From: an uncultured Gemmatimonadaceae bacterium
Lineage (GTDB): Bacteria; Gemmatimonadota; Gemmatimonadetes; Gemmatimonadales; Gemmatimonadaceae
Direction: 5' to 3'
Length of the DNA: 64,000 nucleotides
Assembly: GCA_963843845.1 (NCBI GenBank)
Contig: CAWJMB010000002.1
Span: 704,001-768,000 of the forward strand
A program made the translations under genes and the position numbers. The notes below the pieces were generated by a model. That model had not been told where the DNA came from. It worked only from the letters and a program-made list of their open reading frames with translations, and did no database searches. Of this stretch, positions 1 to 10,130 are shown piece after piece. The stretch's first letter is position 1; each line of letters opens with the position of its first letter.

Positions 1-2364
1 GACGTCGCGCGGGCGCTCGCCTACGCGCACCGTCAGGGGGTGGTGCACCGCGACGTCAAGCCGGAGAACGTGCTGCTCCACGAGGGCACGGCGGTCGTCA
101 CCGACTTCGGCATCGCCAAGGCGCTCAGCGCGTCCAAGACCCGGGCGCCGGGCGGGCCCGCGGGCGGCACGCTCACGCAGGTCGGCACGTCGTTAGGCAC
201 GCCTGCCTACATGGCGCCGGAGCAGGCCGCGGGCGACGACGTCGACCACCGCGCGGACCTGTACGCGTGGGGCGTCGTGGCGTACGAGCTGCTCGCGGGG
301 CGGCACCCGTTCGCCGGGAAGGCGACCGCGCAGCAGCTCATCGCCGCGCACATCGCCGAGCCGCCGCGACCGTTGGGCGACGTCGCGCCGAACGTGCCGG
401 CGCCGCTCGCGGCGCTCGTCATGCGGACGCTCGCCAAGCATCCCGCCGACCGCCCCGCGGACGCGGACGCGCTGCTGGCCGAGCTCGACGTGGTGCCGCT
501 GACGAGCGGCCCGCAGTCGACCCCGGCGGCGGCGCCCGCGCGGGCCCGTCTGCGGCGCGCGGCGCCGTACGCGATCGCGGCCCTCGCGCTCGTGGCCGTC
601 GGGGGCGCGCTGGCCTGGCGCGCGCGTGCCGGCACCGCGCCGGCCGGCGGCGGCCCACCGATGGTGGCGGTGCTGCCCTTCGAGTCCGCCGGCGGGGCGC
701 CCGGTCTCGTGCCGGATACGGCCTTCGCCGACGGCCTCGGCGACGCGATCACCGGCAAGCTCGCCCGCCTGCAGGGGCTGCGCGTGATCGACCGCGCGAG
801 CGTGCGCACGATCGACGACGCGGCGGCGCGCCCGCAGGCCGCCGGTCGCACGCTCGGCGCCGACTACGTGCTCCGGGCGACGCTCCGCTGGGCGCGCGGC
901 GCCGACGGGCAGCCGCGCGTGCAGGTAAGCCCCGTGCTCGTGCGCGTCGCGGACGGCGGCGTGCGGTGGGCAGGCGAGCCGACCGTGGTCGCGCCGAGCG
1001 ACCCGTTCGCCGTGCAGGGGACGCTCGCCGCCGCGGTGGTCGAGGCGCTCGACGTGGCGCTCGCCCCCGCCGAGCGGGCGGGGCTCGCGCGGCCGGCCAC
1101 GACCGACACGGCGGCCTTCGCAGCGGCGGAGCGGGGCCGTCGGCTCTGGGCGCGTGCCGAGCAGGGGACGCGGCAGCAGCAGGAGCAGGCGCTCCGCGAG
1201 TTCGAGCGCGCCTACCAGCGCGACCCCGAGTACGCCGACGCGCTCGGGTGGGCGGCGCACGCGCTCGAGTGGATGGCGCAGCAGGGCGCGCCGCCAGCCC
1301 TCTACGACTCGGCCGCCGTGCTCGCGCGCCGCGCGCTCGCGCTGGACCCGGGGCAGCCACAGGCGGTCAACGCGCTCTCGGTGGTCGAACTGGTGCGCGG
1401 CCGTCCGGGCGAGGCCGACCGACTGGTCGAGCGCGCCGCACGGGCGCTCCCATCCAGTGCCTCGCTGCAGGGCCTCCTCGCCAGTGCGCGCTACCAGGCC
1501 GGGGACTCCGCGGGCTCCGTGGACGCACGGGCGCGCGCCGTCGCACTCGCGCCGCGGTCACGCGAAGTCCTGTTGGGGGGCGTGTATAACATGCTGGCGC
1601 TCCGGCGCTACGACGACGCGCGCGACCTGCTCGCCCGCGCGCGCGCGCTGGACCCGGCGGCGGGCGACGTGCGGTACGTGACCGCACTCGTGGCGCTCGC
1701 GGTCGGCGACACGGCCGGCCAGAGCGCGGCGGTGCGCGCGCTCCGCGCCGGGGGCACCGGCGTCAGCGCCAGCGTTCTGTTCCACATGCGGACCGGCGAC
1801 GCCGCGCTGCAGCAGGAACTCGCGGTGCTCTCCCTAACCGCGCTCGGCGGCGCGCCGTCGGCCGGCGACAGCGCCGCCTACTACACCCAGAAGGCGCAGC
1901 TCTTCCTGACACGCGGCGAAGTCGCCCGGGCGCGCGCGCTCGCCGACTCCGGCCTCGCCGTGTCCGCCGCCCTGGCGGCGGCCCACCCGGCGGGCTCGCC
2001 CGATGCGGCGACCTGGTGGCGTGCCGTCGCGTGGTTCGCCGCCGCGCGCGGGGATCGTTCCGCCGCGCTGGCCGCGCTCCGACGAGGCGCCGCGGACCCG
2101 TTGATCCCGGGACGGCGGGGCGGGCAGGAGGACGCCGTGCAGACCTGTACCAGCGCGGAGGTGTACGGCCTGCTGGGGGACGTCGAGACGATGCTTCCCC
2201 TGCTCAGGCGGTGCCTGACGATGTCCAACGGCTACCACCTGTCCCAGCTCGGCGACCCGGAGTTCCGGCCGTACCGCGACGACCCGCGCGTGCGCGCGCT
2301 GGCGGCGGAGCTCGCGGCGGCCCAGGCGCGCGCGCGCAGCACGCCGATCACGCCGTCGCGATGA
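1..2364 (+). CDS. Ser/Thr protein kinase with TM segment, TolB-like N-terminal domain and TPR repeats (5' end outside the window)
   Basis: Frame open from base 1; HRDVKPEN, DFG and GTPAYMAPE kinase motifs; hydrophobic segment; VAVLPF TolB-like motif; TPR-like helices. Confidence 0.92.
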   Translation, partial: DVARALAYAHRQGVVHRDVKPENVLLHEGTAVVTDFGIAKALSASKTRAPGGPAGGTLTQVGTSLGTPAYMAPEQAAGDDVDHRADLYAWGVVAYELLAGRHPFAGKATAQQLIAAHIAEPPRPLGDVAPNVPAPLAALVMRTLAKHPADRPADADALLAELDVVPLTSGPQSTPAAAPARARLRRAAPYAIAALALVAVGGALAWRARAGTAPAGGGPPMVAVLPFESAGGAPGLVPDTAFADGLGDAITGKLARLQGLRVIDRASVRTIDDAAARPQAAGRTLGADYVLRATLRWARGADGQPRVQVSPVLVRVADGGVRWAGEPTVVAPSDPFAVQGTLAAAVVEALDVALAPAERAGLARPATTDTAAFAAAERGRRLWARAEQGTRQQQEQALREFERAYQRDPEYADALGWAAHALEWMAQQGAPPALYDSAAVLARRALALDPGQPQAVNALSVVELVRGRPGEADRLVERAARALPSSASLQGLLASARYQAGDSAGSVDARARAVALAPRSREVLLGGVYNMLALRRYDDARDLLARARALDPAAGDVRYVTALVALAVGDTAGQSAAVRALRAGGTGVSASVLFHMRTGDAALQQELAVLSLTALGGAPSAGDSAAYYTQKAQLFLTRGEVARARALADSGLAVSAALAAAHPAGSPDAATWWRAVAWFAAARGDRSAALAALRRGAADPLIPGRRGGQEDAVQTCTSAEVYGLLGDVETMLPLLRRCLTMSNGYHLSQLGDPEFRPYRDDPRVRALAAELAAAQARARSTPITPSR

Positions 2365-3206
2365 AGAAGCGCACCTCACGACCGATGGCGGTGCGCGCGG
2401 ACTCCTCGCCACCACCGCCCGTCTCGCCGGCCGAGCCACCGCCGCGGACCGCGTGGCCTTCGCTCCGCCTCCGCATCGACTGGCGCTTCGCCGCGGGCCA
2501 GGTGCTCCTCACCGCGCTCGGCGTCGCGCTCGCGATGGCCGCCAGCGCCTGGTGGGGCGACCGGCAGGAGCGCGTGCGCGAGCGGAGCGAGCTGCGGAAC
2601 GCGCTCGACGCCGCGCGCGAGACCGAGCGGCGGCTCCGGCAGGCGCTGTACGAGGACAGCCTCTCGCTGGCGGCCAACGAGCGGTTGATGACGGCGCGCG
2701 CCGCCGTGCCCGATGACTCGCTCTACGGACTCTTCATCGACGGCCAGCAGTACGCGGACGCGCGCGCGGTCGTGACGCCGTTCGCCGCGATGATCCAGAA
2801 CGGCGACATCCACCTCGTCCGGGACGCGCGGTTACGCGCGATGCTGCCAGCGTACGTCGGGGAGATCCAGACCCGCACCCACGAGGTCGACGAGTTCAAC
2901 GCGATCCAGAAGCAGGTGCTCCTTCGCTATCCGGCGATCCTGACGCTTCGGCCCCGGCCGCCGGCCCGGGAGCACGCGGCGGGGCTGCGTGCGGACCCCG
3001 AGGTGTGGCGGCTGGTGTGGCTGTCGGCGACCGCGAACGGCAACATGCTCAGCCAGAACCGCATCATGCTGCGGGCGACCTCGGCGCTCCGCGCGGAGCT
3101 CGAGCGCGTGCTGGGTGAGCGCCCCGTGCCGCTCCCGCAGCCGCGGCTCCGGCGTGACTCGTTCTTACATCCGGCCGAGCGCGCCCGACTACCGCTGGAT
3201 GGGTGA
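2361..3206 (+). CDS. Hypothetical membrane-anchored protein (DUF6090-like)
   Basis: ATGA overlap with the kinase stop; one TM segment (QVLLTALGVALAMAASAWW) followed by helical coiled-coil. Confidence 0.7.
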   Translation: MKKRTSRPMAVRADSSPPPPVSPAEPPPRTAWPSLRLRIDWRFAAGQVLLTALGVALAMAASAWWGDRQERVRERSELRNALDAARETERRLRQALYEDSLSLAANERLMTARAAVPDDSLYGLFIDGQQYADARAVVTPFAAMIQNGDIHLVRDARLRAMLPAYVGEIQTRTHEVDEFNAIQKQVLLRYPAILTLRPRPPAREHAAGLRADPEVWRLVWLSATANGNMLSQNRIMLRATSALRAELERVLGERPVPLPQPRLRRDSFLHPAERARLPLDG

Positions 3207-3542
3207 CACCGCGTCTCGTGTCACACGACCCCTGACACGCGACGTCGTGTGTGACGAGATCCGAGTGCATCGCCTGCCGCGAGTCGCCAGACGGCATAAG
3301 GCTTCGTGAGCCGGCCGAGCCCCGACAATGTGGGACGCGCGACACTCCGACGGGAACTACTGTCGTACATCGAGGACCTCAGGAGGAGAAAGAGGCTCGA
3401 CGCCGACCAGCCGCACCGGATCGCGGAGAAGAAGCGCGTGCGAGCGTTCTTGAGCGAAGGCCCACTCGGGCCGCTCGTCGACGGCACGTCCGGGACCCTC
3501 ACCCACCGCAGTCGCTCCGCTCCCCGTCGCGCTCGCGCGGTC

Positions 3543-5078
3543 TCAACGCGACGCGGGCCCGACTGGCCGTGCTGGTTCCGCGGGTGTGCCCAGGGCGCGC
3601 CTCGCGCCGGTCCGCTCCGCGCGCGACACGAGGATGCGTGCCAACCGGTTGACGCTGGCGATGCTCGCCCGCCCTTGCGCGTCGTGACTGAGGGCGAGCC
3701 GCACGATGACGAGGCCGTGCGCCGGCGATACGAGGATCACCTGGCCGAAGTTGCCGCTCGCGAAGAAGCTGTCGGGCGGCGCGCCGGTCGCGCGGCGGCG
3801 CGTGGCGCCCTCGCTGTCGCCCCGATTGGTCCAGAAGCCGGCGCCGTACCCGACCGACGCGACTGAGGTCGCCCGGGCGGAGTAGTCGACCCACCCGGCG
3901 GGCAGGATCCGCCTGTCTCCGACCATGCCGTCGCGCGCGTAGAGCCACCCGAACCGGGCCCAGTCGCGCGCCGTCGCGACGACGTGGGTCGCGCCGAGCG
4001 GCGTCCCGGCGCCGTCAAATTCGAAGAGCGCTGAGCGCATGCCCAGCGGTCCGAACAGCCGCGCGTGTGCGAACCGCACGACCTCAGCGGGGGTGCCGCC
4101 CGCGGCGGAGCGCACGAGACGCGACAGCAGGGCGTAGTTGCCGTCCGTGTACGCCCATCGAGTTCCTGGGGGAGACTGCAGCGGCTCGCGCGCCGCGAAC
4201 GCTGCCATGTCGGACGTCTGGAACAGCATGCGGGAGTTGGCATCGAAGCCGCTCCCCGTCTGCGCCGGCAGACCGCTCACGTGGCGCAACAGCGCGTCCA
4301 CCGTCGGGTGCCGTCGCGCGTCGAGCTCGCGCCACTCCGTCACTGGCGCCGGCGCGTCTAGTCGCACCGTGCCATCGGCGACGAGGCTGCCAATCAGCGC
4401 GTTCGTGACCGACTTCGCCACGGACCAGGTATGAAATCGGGACGCGGGGCCGTAGCCGGGCGCATACCGCTCGGCGACGAGCCGGCCGTCCTGGACGACG
4501 ACGATGGCCTTCACGCGCAGCCCGCGTCCGCCGTCCGTCGCCGTGAAGGCACCGTCGACTGCCGCGCCGATCACGGGATCCGCGGTCGTCATCACATCAC
4601 TCGGTGCGCCGAGCGGGTCGGCGGCGAACAGGAGCCCGCCGGCGGCGACGGGCAGGGGCGCCGTACCACCGTCGAGGAGCGTGCACCCGCGGCCGGCGAC
4701 GAAGCGCGCCTGGCTCGCCCCGGCGCCGAGCACCGAGGCGCGCACCTCGGCGTGCGCCTCGTCGACGCGATAGCGAAGCGTCCGGCCGAGGAGCCGCGTG
4801 CCCGGGGCCTCGGCAAGGTGCTCGCGGCGCATGACCGCCGGGTCACGGCCAGCGACGAAGCGCTCGGTGCACAGCGAGTGCGCGGTCAGGCCGGTCGCCG
4901 CGTGCAGGGGGCGCTCGAGCGCGCAGGTTGTCGTGCCGGCCAGGATCCCGAGGGCCGCGACCGGGCCGGAGGCGCGGCGGACCACGGCGCGCGCGCACCG
5001 CACGACGCGCGCGCCGCGTGGGCGCGCGCGATCGGCATCGTGCGATCCAACGGTCGACTGGCCGACGCGATTCGTCAT
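3543..5078 (-). CDS. Serine hydrolase, beta-lactamase class C / esterase family
   Basis: SxxK (WSVAKS), LLRHVSG, WAYTDG, ARDWARFG, FFASGNFGQ; start codon approximate. Confidence 0.88.
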   Translation of the reverse strand: MTNRVGQSTVGSHDADRARPRGARVVRCARAVVRRASGPVAALGILAGTTTCALERPLHAATGLTAHSLCTERFVAGRDPAVMRREHLAEAPGTRLLGRTLRYRVDEAHAEVRASVLGAGASQARFVAGRGCTLLDGGTAPLPVAAGGLLFAADPLGAPSDVMTTADPVIGAAVDGAFTATDGGRGLRVKAIVVVQDGRLVAERYAPGYGPASRFHTWSVAKSVTNALIGSLVADGTVRLDAPAPVTEWRELDARRHPTVDALLRHVSGLPAQTGSGFDANSRMLFQTSDMAAFAAREPLQSPPGTRWAYTDGNYALLSRLVRSAAGGTPAEVVRFAHARLFGPLGMRSALFEFDGAGTPLGATHVVATARDWARFGWLYARDGMVGDRRILPAGWVDYSARATSVASVGYGAGFWTNRGDSEGATRRRATGAPPDSFFASGNFGQVILVSPAHGLVIVRLALSHDAQGRASIASVNRLARILVSRAERTGARRALGTPAEPARPVGPASR

Positions 5079-5106
5079 ACGGATGTCCGATCGTGTGGGT
5101 CGTCGG

Positions 5107-6327
5107 TCACGGGCCGCGCGTCGTCCGCGCCGCGGGCCCGATCGCGGCCGGCCGCGCGTACTCGACCTGCAGCGCCACGAAGTCCGCCGTGCGCGCCCCG
5201 TACCGGGCAGCGACGCCGTCCAGTGCGTCGTCCAGCGCGCGGGCAGCGCCCCTCCCAGCTCCCGGCTCCACGACGACGTCCATCCCTCCGGCACGGCCGT
5301 CCGGCCCGGTGACGCGGTCCGGGAGCAGGCGGAGCCCACCGCGGGTCACGACGGGCCCCGTCGCGGCGGCGAGCGTCACCACCTGCGACCGTGCCGTGCG
5401 CGAGTATGCGTCCGCGGTGAGCGCGAGGGCCACTTCGTCGACACCCGGATCGACTGGCACGCCGATCGTCTCGTGCCGCCAGACCGCGAGCCGGTTGGCG
5501 AGGAAGGTCCGCACCCGCGCGCCGCCGAGCTGGAAGGCGTCGCTCCGGTGTGACTCGTCCCAGGCGGCGAGCCCGAGCGCACGGGCCAGGGTGTCGGCGC
5601 GGCCGCTCCCGGCAATCGCCTCGACGAGCGCGAGCGACAGCGGGATGGACGCGGACACGCCGGTCGTCGTCGCGACGCCACGGTCCACGACGTAGCGCCG
5701 GTCGCGCACCCAGCGGGCGGTCGGGTACGCCTTGCGCAGCCCCTCCACGTCGTGCCAGTGACCGGTGAATGCGTGCCCGTCGAGCAGCCCCGCCTTCCCG
5801 ACCACCTGCACGCCGGAGCAGATGCCGACGATCGTCGCGCCGCGCGCCGCCTGCGTGCGGATCCACGCCAGCGCGTCGGGATCGTCGGCGCGGAGCATCG
5901 CCGGCACGATCACGTAATCGGCTCCCTCCGGGTACGCGGCGTCGAACGCAGCAGTGGTCGTCGCCGCCTCGACCCGCAGGGCCGGCCACAACCGGACGGG
6001 ACCGACTCGCGTGCCGACGGCGATCACGTCGGCGACATCGGCGCGATGGAGCACGCCGTAGGGCACGAGGAAGTCCGTCGTCTCGGTACCGGCATTCGCG
6101 GCGACGACAGCGATCACGGGACGCGGGCGCGCGGGCCGCACACCGCTGCCGTGCCGGAGCGCGGCGACGGTCGCCGCATGCTCGATGGCGCTCACGGGCG
6201 TCGTGGCGACGGGCGCCAGGGGGTCGGACGGCGACTGGGCGGGGTGGTCGGTGCCGGCGGTGGCGAGGGCCACGGCGGCGAGCGCACCGAGCGGCGCCAG
6301 CAGCAGGAACAGGGGCGAGCGAGACAT
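5107..6327 (-). CDS. DJ-1/PfpI family protein (two-domain, with signal peptide)
   Basis: GTETTDF, GICSG nucleophile elbow, TTTGVSAS; N-terminal hydrophobic leader. Confidence 0.88.
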   Translation of the reverse strand: MSRSPLFLLLAPLGALAAVALATAGTDHPAQSPSDPLAPVATTPVSAIEHAATVAALRHGSGVRPARPRPVIAVVAANAGTETTDFLVPYGVLHRADVADVIAVGTRVGPVRLWPALRVEAATTTAAFDAAYPEGADYVIVPAMLRADDPDALAWIRTQAARGATIVGICSGVQVVGKAGLLDGHAFTGHWHDVEGLRKAYPTARWVRDRRYVVDRGVATTTGVSASIPLSLALVEAIAGSGRADTLARALGLAAWDESHRSDAFQLGGARVRTFLANRLAVWRHETIGVPVDPGVDEVALALTADAYSRTARSQVVTLAAATGPVVTRGGLRLLPDRVTGPDGRAGGMDVVVEPGAGRGAARALDDALDGVAARYGARTADFVALQVEYARPAAIGPAARTTRGP

Positions 6328-6400
6328 GGGTCGGGCGGGGTCGGCCGTCGTGAGCTCTCGACGTGAGCACGTGGTAGGGCTGGCAGGATGCAGCAGCGTC

Positions 6401-6415
6401 CTGAACGGGGCGGCG
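6401..6415 (-). promoter_or_regulatory. Candidate AraC-binding site upstream of the DJ-1 gene
   Basis: + strand CTGAACGGGGCGGCG resembles TTGAACGGARCGGCT at 9105 and 12815. Confidence 0.4.
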
Positions 6416-7183
6416 CTACCGGGCGCCGACCGACAGGCCGAGGTGCCAGGTGATCAGGTCCGCGCGGCTGCGGAGGACGTCGAGCCGCACGGTGCCGTCG
6501 GGCAGGTCGCGGATGCCGCCTTCGCGCAGGTAGCGGACGCTGCGGCCGTTGTCGTGGTACTGCGCCCCGAGATCGAGGAACACGAGCGAGCGCGCGGTCC
6601 GCCGGACCGGCACGAGCACGCCGGCGCCGCCGCTCCACGAGAGCTGCGCATCATCGTAGTTCGTGCGCTCGGCGAACGATTCTCGATCGCTCCGCCCCCG
6701 CACCGACGACGTCGTGGCGAAGTACGAGAGGCCAGCGGTGCCGTGGGCGTAGGGCCGCACCGGCCCGCGCGGCGCCACGAGCTGCGGGCCGACGCCGAGC
6801 CAGACGATGTTGTTGGTCGTCGTGAGGTCGAGCGGCACGCGGCTGCCCCCCGGCGCGCCGCTCAGCGGGACACGAAGCGTCTCGTGCCCGTAGTTCAGCA
6901 AGCCGCCGTCGAGGCGCACGGCGAACGCTCCCACGCGGCCGACACGGTACATGCCATGGCCTATGACGCCGTAGCCGTCGTTCACGGATCGGCGGAACGC
7001 GCCGCGCGGCTGGCCGATGGCGATGGCGAGCCCGCCCTGCAGGCGTGGCTCGCCGCCGGCGGTGGCGGAGGAGAGGCGGTGACCGCTGCCGCGAGCGTCC
7101 TGGGCCGGGGCGGTCGTCGAGCTGAGGAGCAGCGCGGCGAGTGGGCAGAGTGCGCCAGTCACGGTTCGGATCGAGGTCGACAT
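6416..7183 (-). CDS. Outer-membrane beta-barrel-like secreted protein
   Basis: Signal peptide, alternating hydrophobic beta-strands rich in Gly/Tyr, C-terminal WHLGLSVG. Confidence 0.7.
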   Translation of the reverse strand: MSTSIRTVTGALCPLAALLLSSTTAPAQDARGSGHRLSSATAGGEPRLQGGLAIAIGQPRGAFRRSVNDGYGVIGHGMYRVGRVGAFAVRLDGGLLNYGHETLRVPLSGAPGGSRVPLDLTTTNNIVWLGVGPQLVAPRGPVRPYAHGTAGLSYFATTSSVRGRSDRESFAERTNYDDAQLSWSGGAGVLVPVRRTARSLVFLDLGAQYHDNGRSVRYLREGGIRDLPDGTVRLDVLRSRADLITWHLGLSVGAR

Positions 7184-7251
7184 GGGTGGGGTCGCGTGAG
7201 GGTGAGTGGCGACGCGAGGTGCCGGCGTCAGCCCGTGATGCGAGGGTTGGG

Positions 7252-8532
7252 TCAGCGGGATGTTGCCGGGCGCCTGACGGGTGCGTGCCGCACCGCTGTC
7301 CGGGCGACCGGCGGCGCGGAGAGGGTGCGCAGAAACGCTTCGATCTGCGCCCGCTCGCGTGGCGAGAGCCGCAGCGCCCGCAACTCGCTGTGCCCAGCCG
7401 GCGCGGCGGGCGCGCGATCGTAATGCGCGACCACGGCGGCGAGGGTAGCGATCTGCCCGGCGTGCATGTACGGCGCCCTGTCGGCGACCCCGCGCAGCGA
7501 CGGGGTCTTGTACGCCCGCACGAGCTCCTCGCCCTCCGTCGCCGCGAACTGCAGCTCGGCGCACTCGTCCGCCGTCGCGTCGCTGTAGCGGCTCGTGCAG
7601 GCGAACTCCCCCGCGAGCGCCTGGCGTACGCCCACCACGCGCCCGCTGTCATAGGGGAGCGCCACGGCGGGGAGCGGGACGCCGGTGTTGTGGAAGTGGT
7701 CGTCGGTGAGGCGCGGGCCGTTGTGACAGTTCACACAGCTCCCCTGCCCGATGAAGAGGCGCAGCCCCGCGACCTCGTCGTCGCTCAGCGTCGACGCCGC
7801 AGTGTGCGTGCGTCCGGCGAGCTCGTCATCCACGTACCGATCGAAGCGGGTCGGCGCGAATGCGACCCGCCGCTCGTAGGCCGCGATTGCCTTGCCGATG
7901 TTCGCGTACACGCGGCTGATGTCCTCCTGGCGGGAGGGCGGGATGCGTCCCCACGCCGCACGCCATGCGCTGTCGGCCACCGGGCCGGCGCGGTCGGGCA
8001 GGCCGCCCAGCTCCGGCAGCGGGCCGAACACCGCCTCGTACACCGTGCGGTAGTGCCGCGCGATCTCGTGGGCGTACTGCGTTCGGCTGCCGCCGTGCTC
8101 TACCGCGTTCTCCAGCGGGCCCAACGCCTGCGCCCACTGGCTGTCGGCGCGGCCGTCCCAGAAGAACCACGCGCCGTGCGCCGTCCCAGCGACGGGCATG
8201 GTGCGCCGCGCGGTCGTGCCGACGCCGCGCGCGAGGGGAATGCCGTCCTGAAACGCCTTCTCAGGGTCGTGACAGGTAGCGCACGAGACCGCGCCGGCGC
8301 CGCTCAGCCGCGTGTCGAAGAAGAGCGCCTGGCCGAGCGCGGCGGCGCCCGGGTCGTCCGCGACGTGGTTCGATGGGTCGGGCGACAGCGGGCCGAGGCT
8401 CGTGAGCGATAGCGACCGCAGCAGCGCACGCTCCTCGCCAGACCAGCGCGACGGCCGGGTCGACGCCACGGCAGCGACGGCCGACAGCGGGAGCAGGAGC
8501 ACGAGCGCGACGCGGAGCGATCTGCGCGACAT
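7252..8532 (-). CDS. Di-heme cytochrome c peroxidase / MauG superfamily protein
   Basis: Two CxxCH motifs (CATCH, CVNCH), LGQALFFD, FFWDGRA, KTPSLR..PYMHAG; signal peptide. Confidence 0.92.
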   Translation of the reverse strand: MSRRSLRVALVLLLPLSAVAAVASTRPSRWSGEERALLRSLSLTSLGPLSPDPSNHVADDPGAAALGQALFFDTRLSGAGAVSCATCHDPEKAFQDGIPLARGVGTTARRTMPVAGTAHGAWFFWDGRADSQWAQALGPLENAVEHGGSRTQYAHEIARHYRTVYEAVFGPLPELGGLPDRAGPVADSAWRAAWGRIPPSRQEDISRVYANIGKAIAAYERRVAFAPTRFDRYVDDELAGRTHTAASTLSDDEVAGLRLFIGQGSCVNCHNGPRLTDDHFHNTGVPLPAVALPYDSGRVVGVRQALAGEFACTSRYSDATADECAELQFAATEGEELVRAYKTPSLRGVADRAPYMHAGQIATLAAVVAHYDRAPAAPAGHSELRALRLSPRERAQIEAFLRTLSAPPVARTAVRHAPVRRPATSR

Positions 8533-8543
8533 GAGAGGCTCCG

Positions 8544-9008
8544 TCAGAGCTTGACGTTGAACACGACGGAGTCGCGCCCCGGCACGGCGGACACACGGAA
8601 CTTCACCACCCACCATCCGCCCATGTTGAATTTCATCCCCTCCACGAGGTGGTCGCCGTTCCCCAGGGCGCGGGTGACGCGGGGCCTCGTGGGCAGGCCG
8701 TGCCCGTGCTGCGGCATGCCGCCGTCGACCGTGACGACCGCGCTGTCGACGGGCGCGCCACTGGCGGTCTCGAGGTGCAGCGTCCACCGCTGGAGGCTGC
8801 CCTGCGGGATGCTGTCGCCCTGCGGGTGGATGGTGGCGCGGTAGGCGCCCCCCTCACTCGCGCGTGTGCGCGAGTAGTCGAGGTCCTGCGGCGTCCGCGC
8901 GAGCAGCATACAGCCGGTGAGCAGGGCGGCGGCGCTCGCCGCGGTGAGCGCGGTCGCAGAACGGACGGGCGACGGGCGACGGGCGGAGGAGGCGACGGTG
9001 GAGCGCAT
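8544..9008 (-). CDS. YtkA/FixH-like lipoprotein
   Basis: Lipobox LTGC; GGMPQHGHG and GMKFNMGGWW motifs. Confidence 0.8.
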   Translation of the reverse strand: MRSTVASSARRPSPVRSATALTAASAAALLTGCMLLARTPQDLDYSRTRASEGGAYRATIHPQGDSIPQGSLQRWTLHLETASGAPVDSAVVTVDGGMPQHGHGLPTRPRVTRALGNGDHLVEGMKFNMGGWWVVKFRVSAVPGRDSVVFNVKL

Positions 9009-9076
9009 GATGACCTCGCTGCGGGATGATCGGGACGTGAGCGCGACAGATCGCGACGTGCGATGCACGCGGCCCC

Positions 9077-9140
9077 AGAGTACGCGCGGCGGGGGACTGC
9101 CCACTTGAACGGAACGGCTAGGCCGTTGAACGAAAGGGCT
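9077..9140 (-). promoter_or_regulatory. Putative AraC-activated promoter with a tandem site (21-bp period) and -10 TACTCT
   Basis: TTGAACGGAACGGCT at 9105-9119 and TTGAACGAAAGGGCT at 9126-9140; minus-strand TACTCT at 9077-9082, 22 nt downstream. Confidence 0.6.
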
Positions 9141-9281
9141 GAATCGGTGGGCAGCGCCGACCGTCGCCACCTGTCGCGCGCCGTCGGCGATCGACGACCG
9201 CTGCGTCTCGCGCTCAGCCGGCGCGGCCGCGGTCCGGGAGGCAGGTCCGTCGCGCAGTGGCGGCGGCCGTCGGCGTCGGTC

Positions 9282-10130
9282 TCACGGTACGCCGGTCGGC
9301 CGCGCCGCGACTGAACGCAGCGGCTGTGCGCGTGGCGCCGCCGCATCCGGGTCGCCGCGCAGCGGTCCGAGCATCTGCAGTGCGGACGGCGGGATGCCGA
9401 ACAGTCTGCGCGAGGTACGCGTGAGGTGCGCCGCGTCGGCGAAGCCGGCCGCGTGCGCCGCGGCGGAGATCGACTCGCCGGCCATCAGCAACTCCCACAC
9501 GTGGATGAACCGACGCCACAGGATGTACGGCCGGAGCGCCATGCCGGTCTCCTCGACGAACAGGTGCCGGAACCGGCTCGGCGACAGGCACGCCTCGCTC
9601 GCGATCACGTCGAGCGTGAGCGGCGCATCGAGGCGCGCCCGGATGTACGCGACCGCGCGCAGGATGCGCTCGTCCGAGACGACCGACGACACCACGCCGC
9701 CGGTGAGCGCGCGGACGACGTCCTGTGCCGCGGCCGCCACGGCAGCGCTGCTCCGTCGTTCGCGCCAGGCCGCGAACAGCGCTGGGCCGGTCTCGTCGAG
9801 CACGGTGTCCGGCAGGGCCGAGATCCCGCCCCGATGGTACCGCTCGGCGAGCGCACGTCCCTCGCGCGTCTCCGGTTCGATGAGCAGGACCGCGCTGTGC
9901 GGCCCACGCGTGGCGTCCATCGCGTGCGGCTGCCGGGACGGTACGAGGGCGGCGCCGTACGCCGTCCACTCCGCCTCGTCGCCCGAACGGAAGCGGATCC
10001 CCGGCTCCGAGCAGAACGCGACCTGGATGGCGTAGTGCGCGTGCGGTGCCATGGCGCCGTGCGCCTGGCCGATGAGGAGGCAGCCGCCGTTCCACGACAC
10101 GAAGTGCCCGACTCCCGCACGGTTGTTCAC
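9282..10130 (-). CDS. AraC family transcriptional regulator
   Basis: C-terminal HTH: LSPSRFRHLFVEETG..AAHAAGFADAAHLTRT; N-terminal HAHYAIQ. Confidence 0.93.
   Translation of the reverse strand: MNNRAGVGHFVSWNGGCLLIGQAHGAMAPHAHYAIQVAFCSEPGIRFRSGDEAEWTAYGAALVPSRQPHAMDATRGPHSAVLLIEPETREGRALAERYHRGGISALPDTVLDETGPALFAAWRERRSSAAVAAAAQDVVRALTGGVVSSVVSDERILRAVAYIRARLDAPLTLDVIASEACLSPSRFRHLFVEETGMALRPYILWRRFIHVWELLMAGESISAAAHAAGFADAAHLTRTSRRLFGIPPSALQMLGPLRGDPDAAAPRAQPLRSVAARPTGVP

Noticed and set aside
1833..1838. CCTAAC as another copy of the octamer
   Set aside because: Only 6 of 8 bases match; not counted
3306..3866. 186-aa ORF with a plausible helical N-terminus
   Set aside because: Overlaps the convergent serine hydrolase by ~320 nt and has no recognisable motif; a short real peptide cannot be excluded
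3543..5078. Serine hydrolase as a true AmpC resistance gene
   Set aside because: Motifs fit the broad esterase/amide-hydrolase branch; no KTG triad
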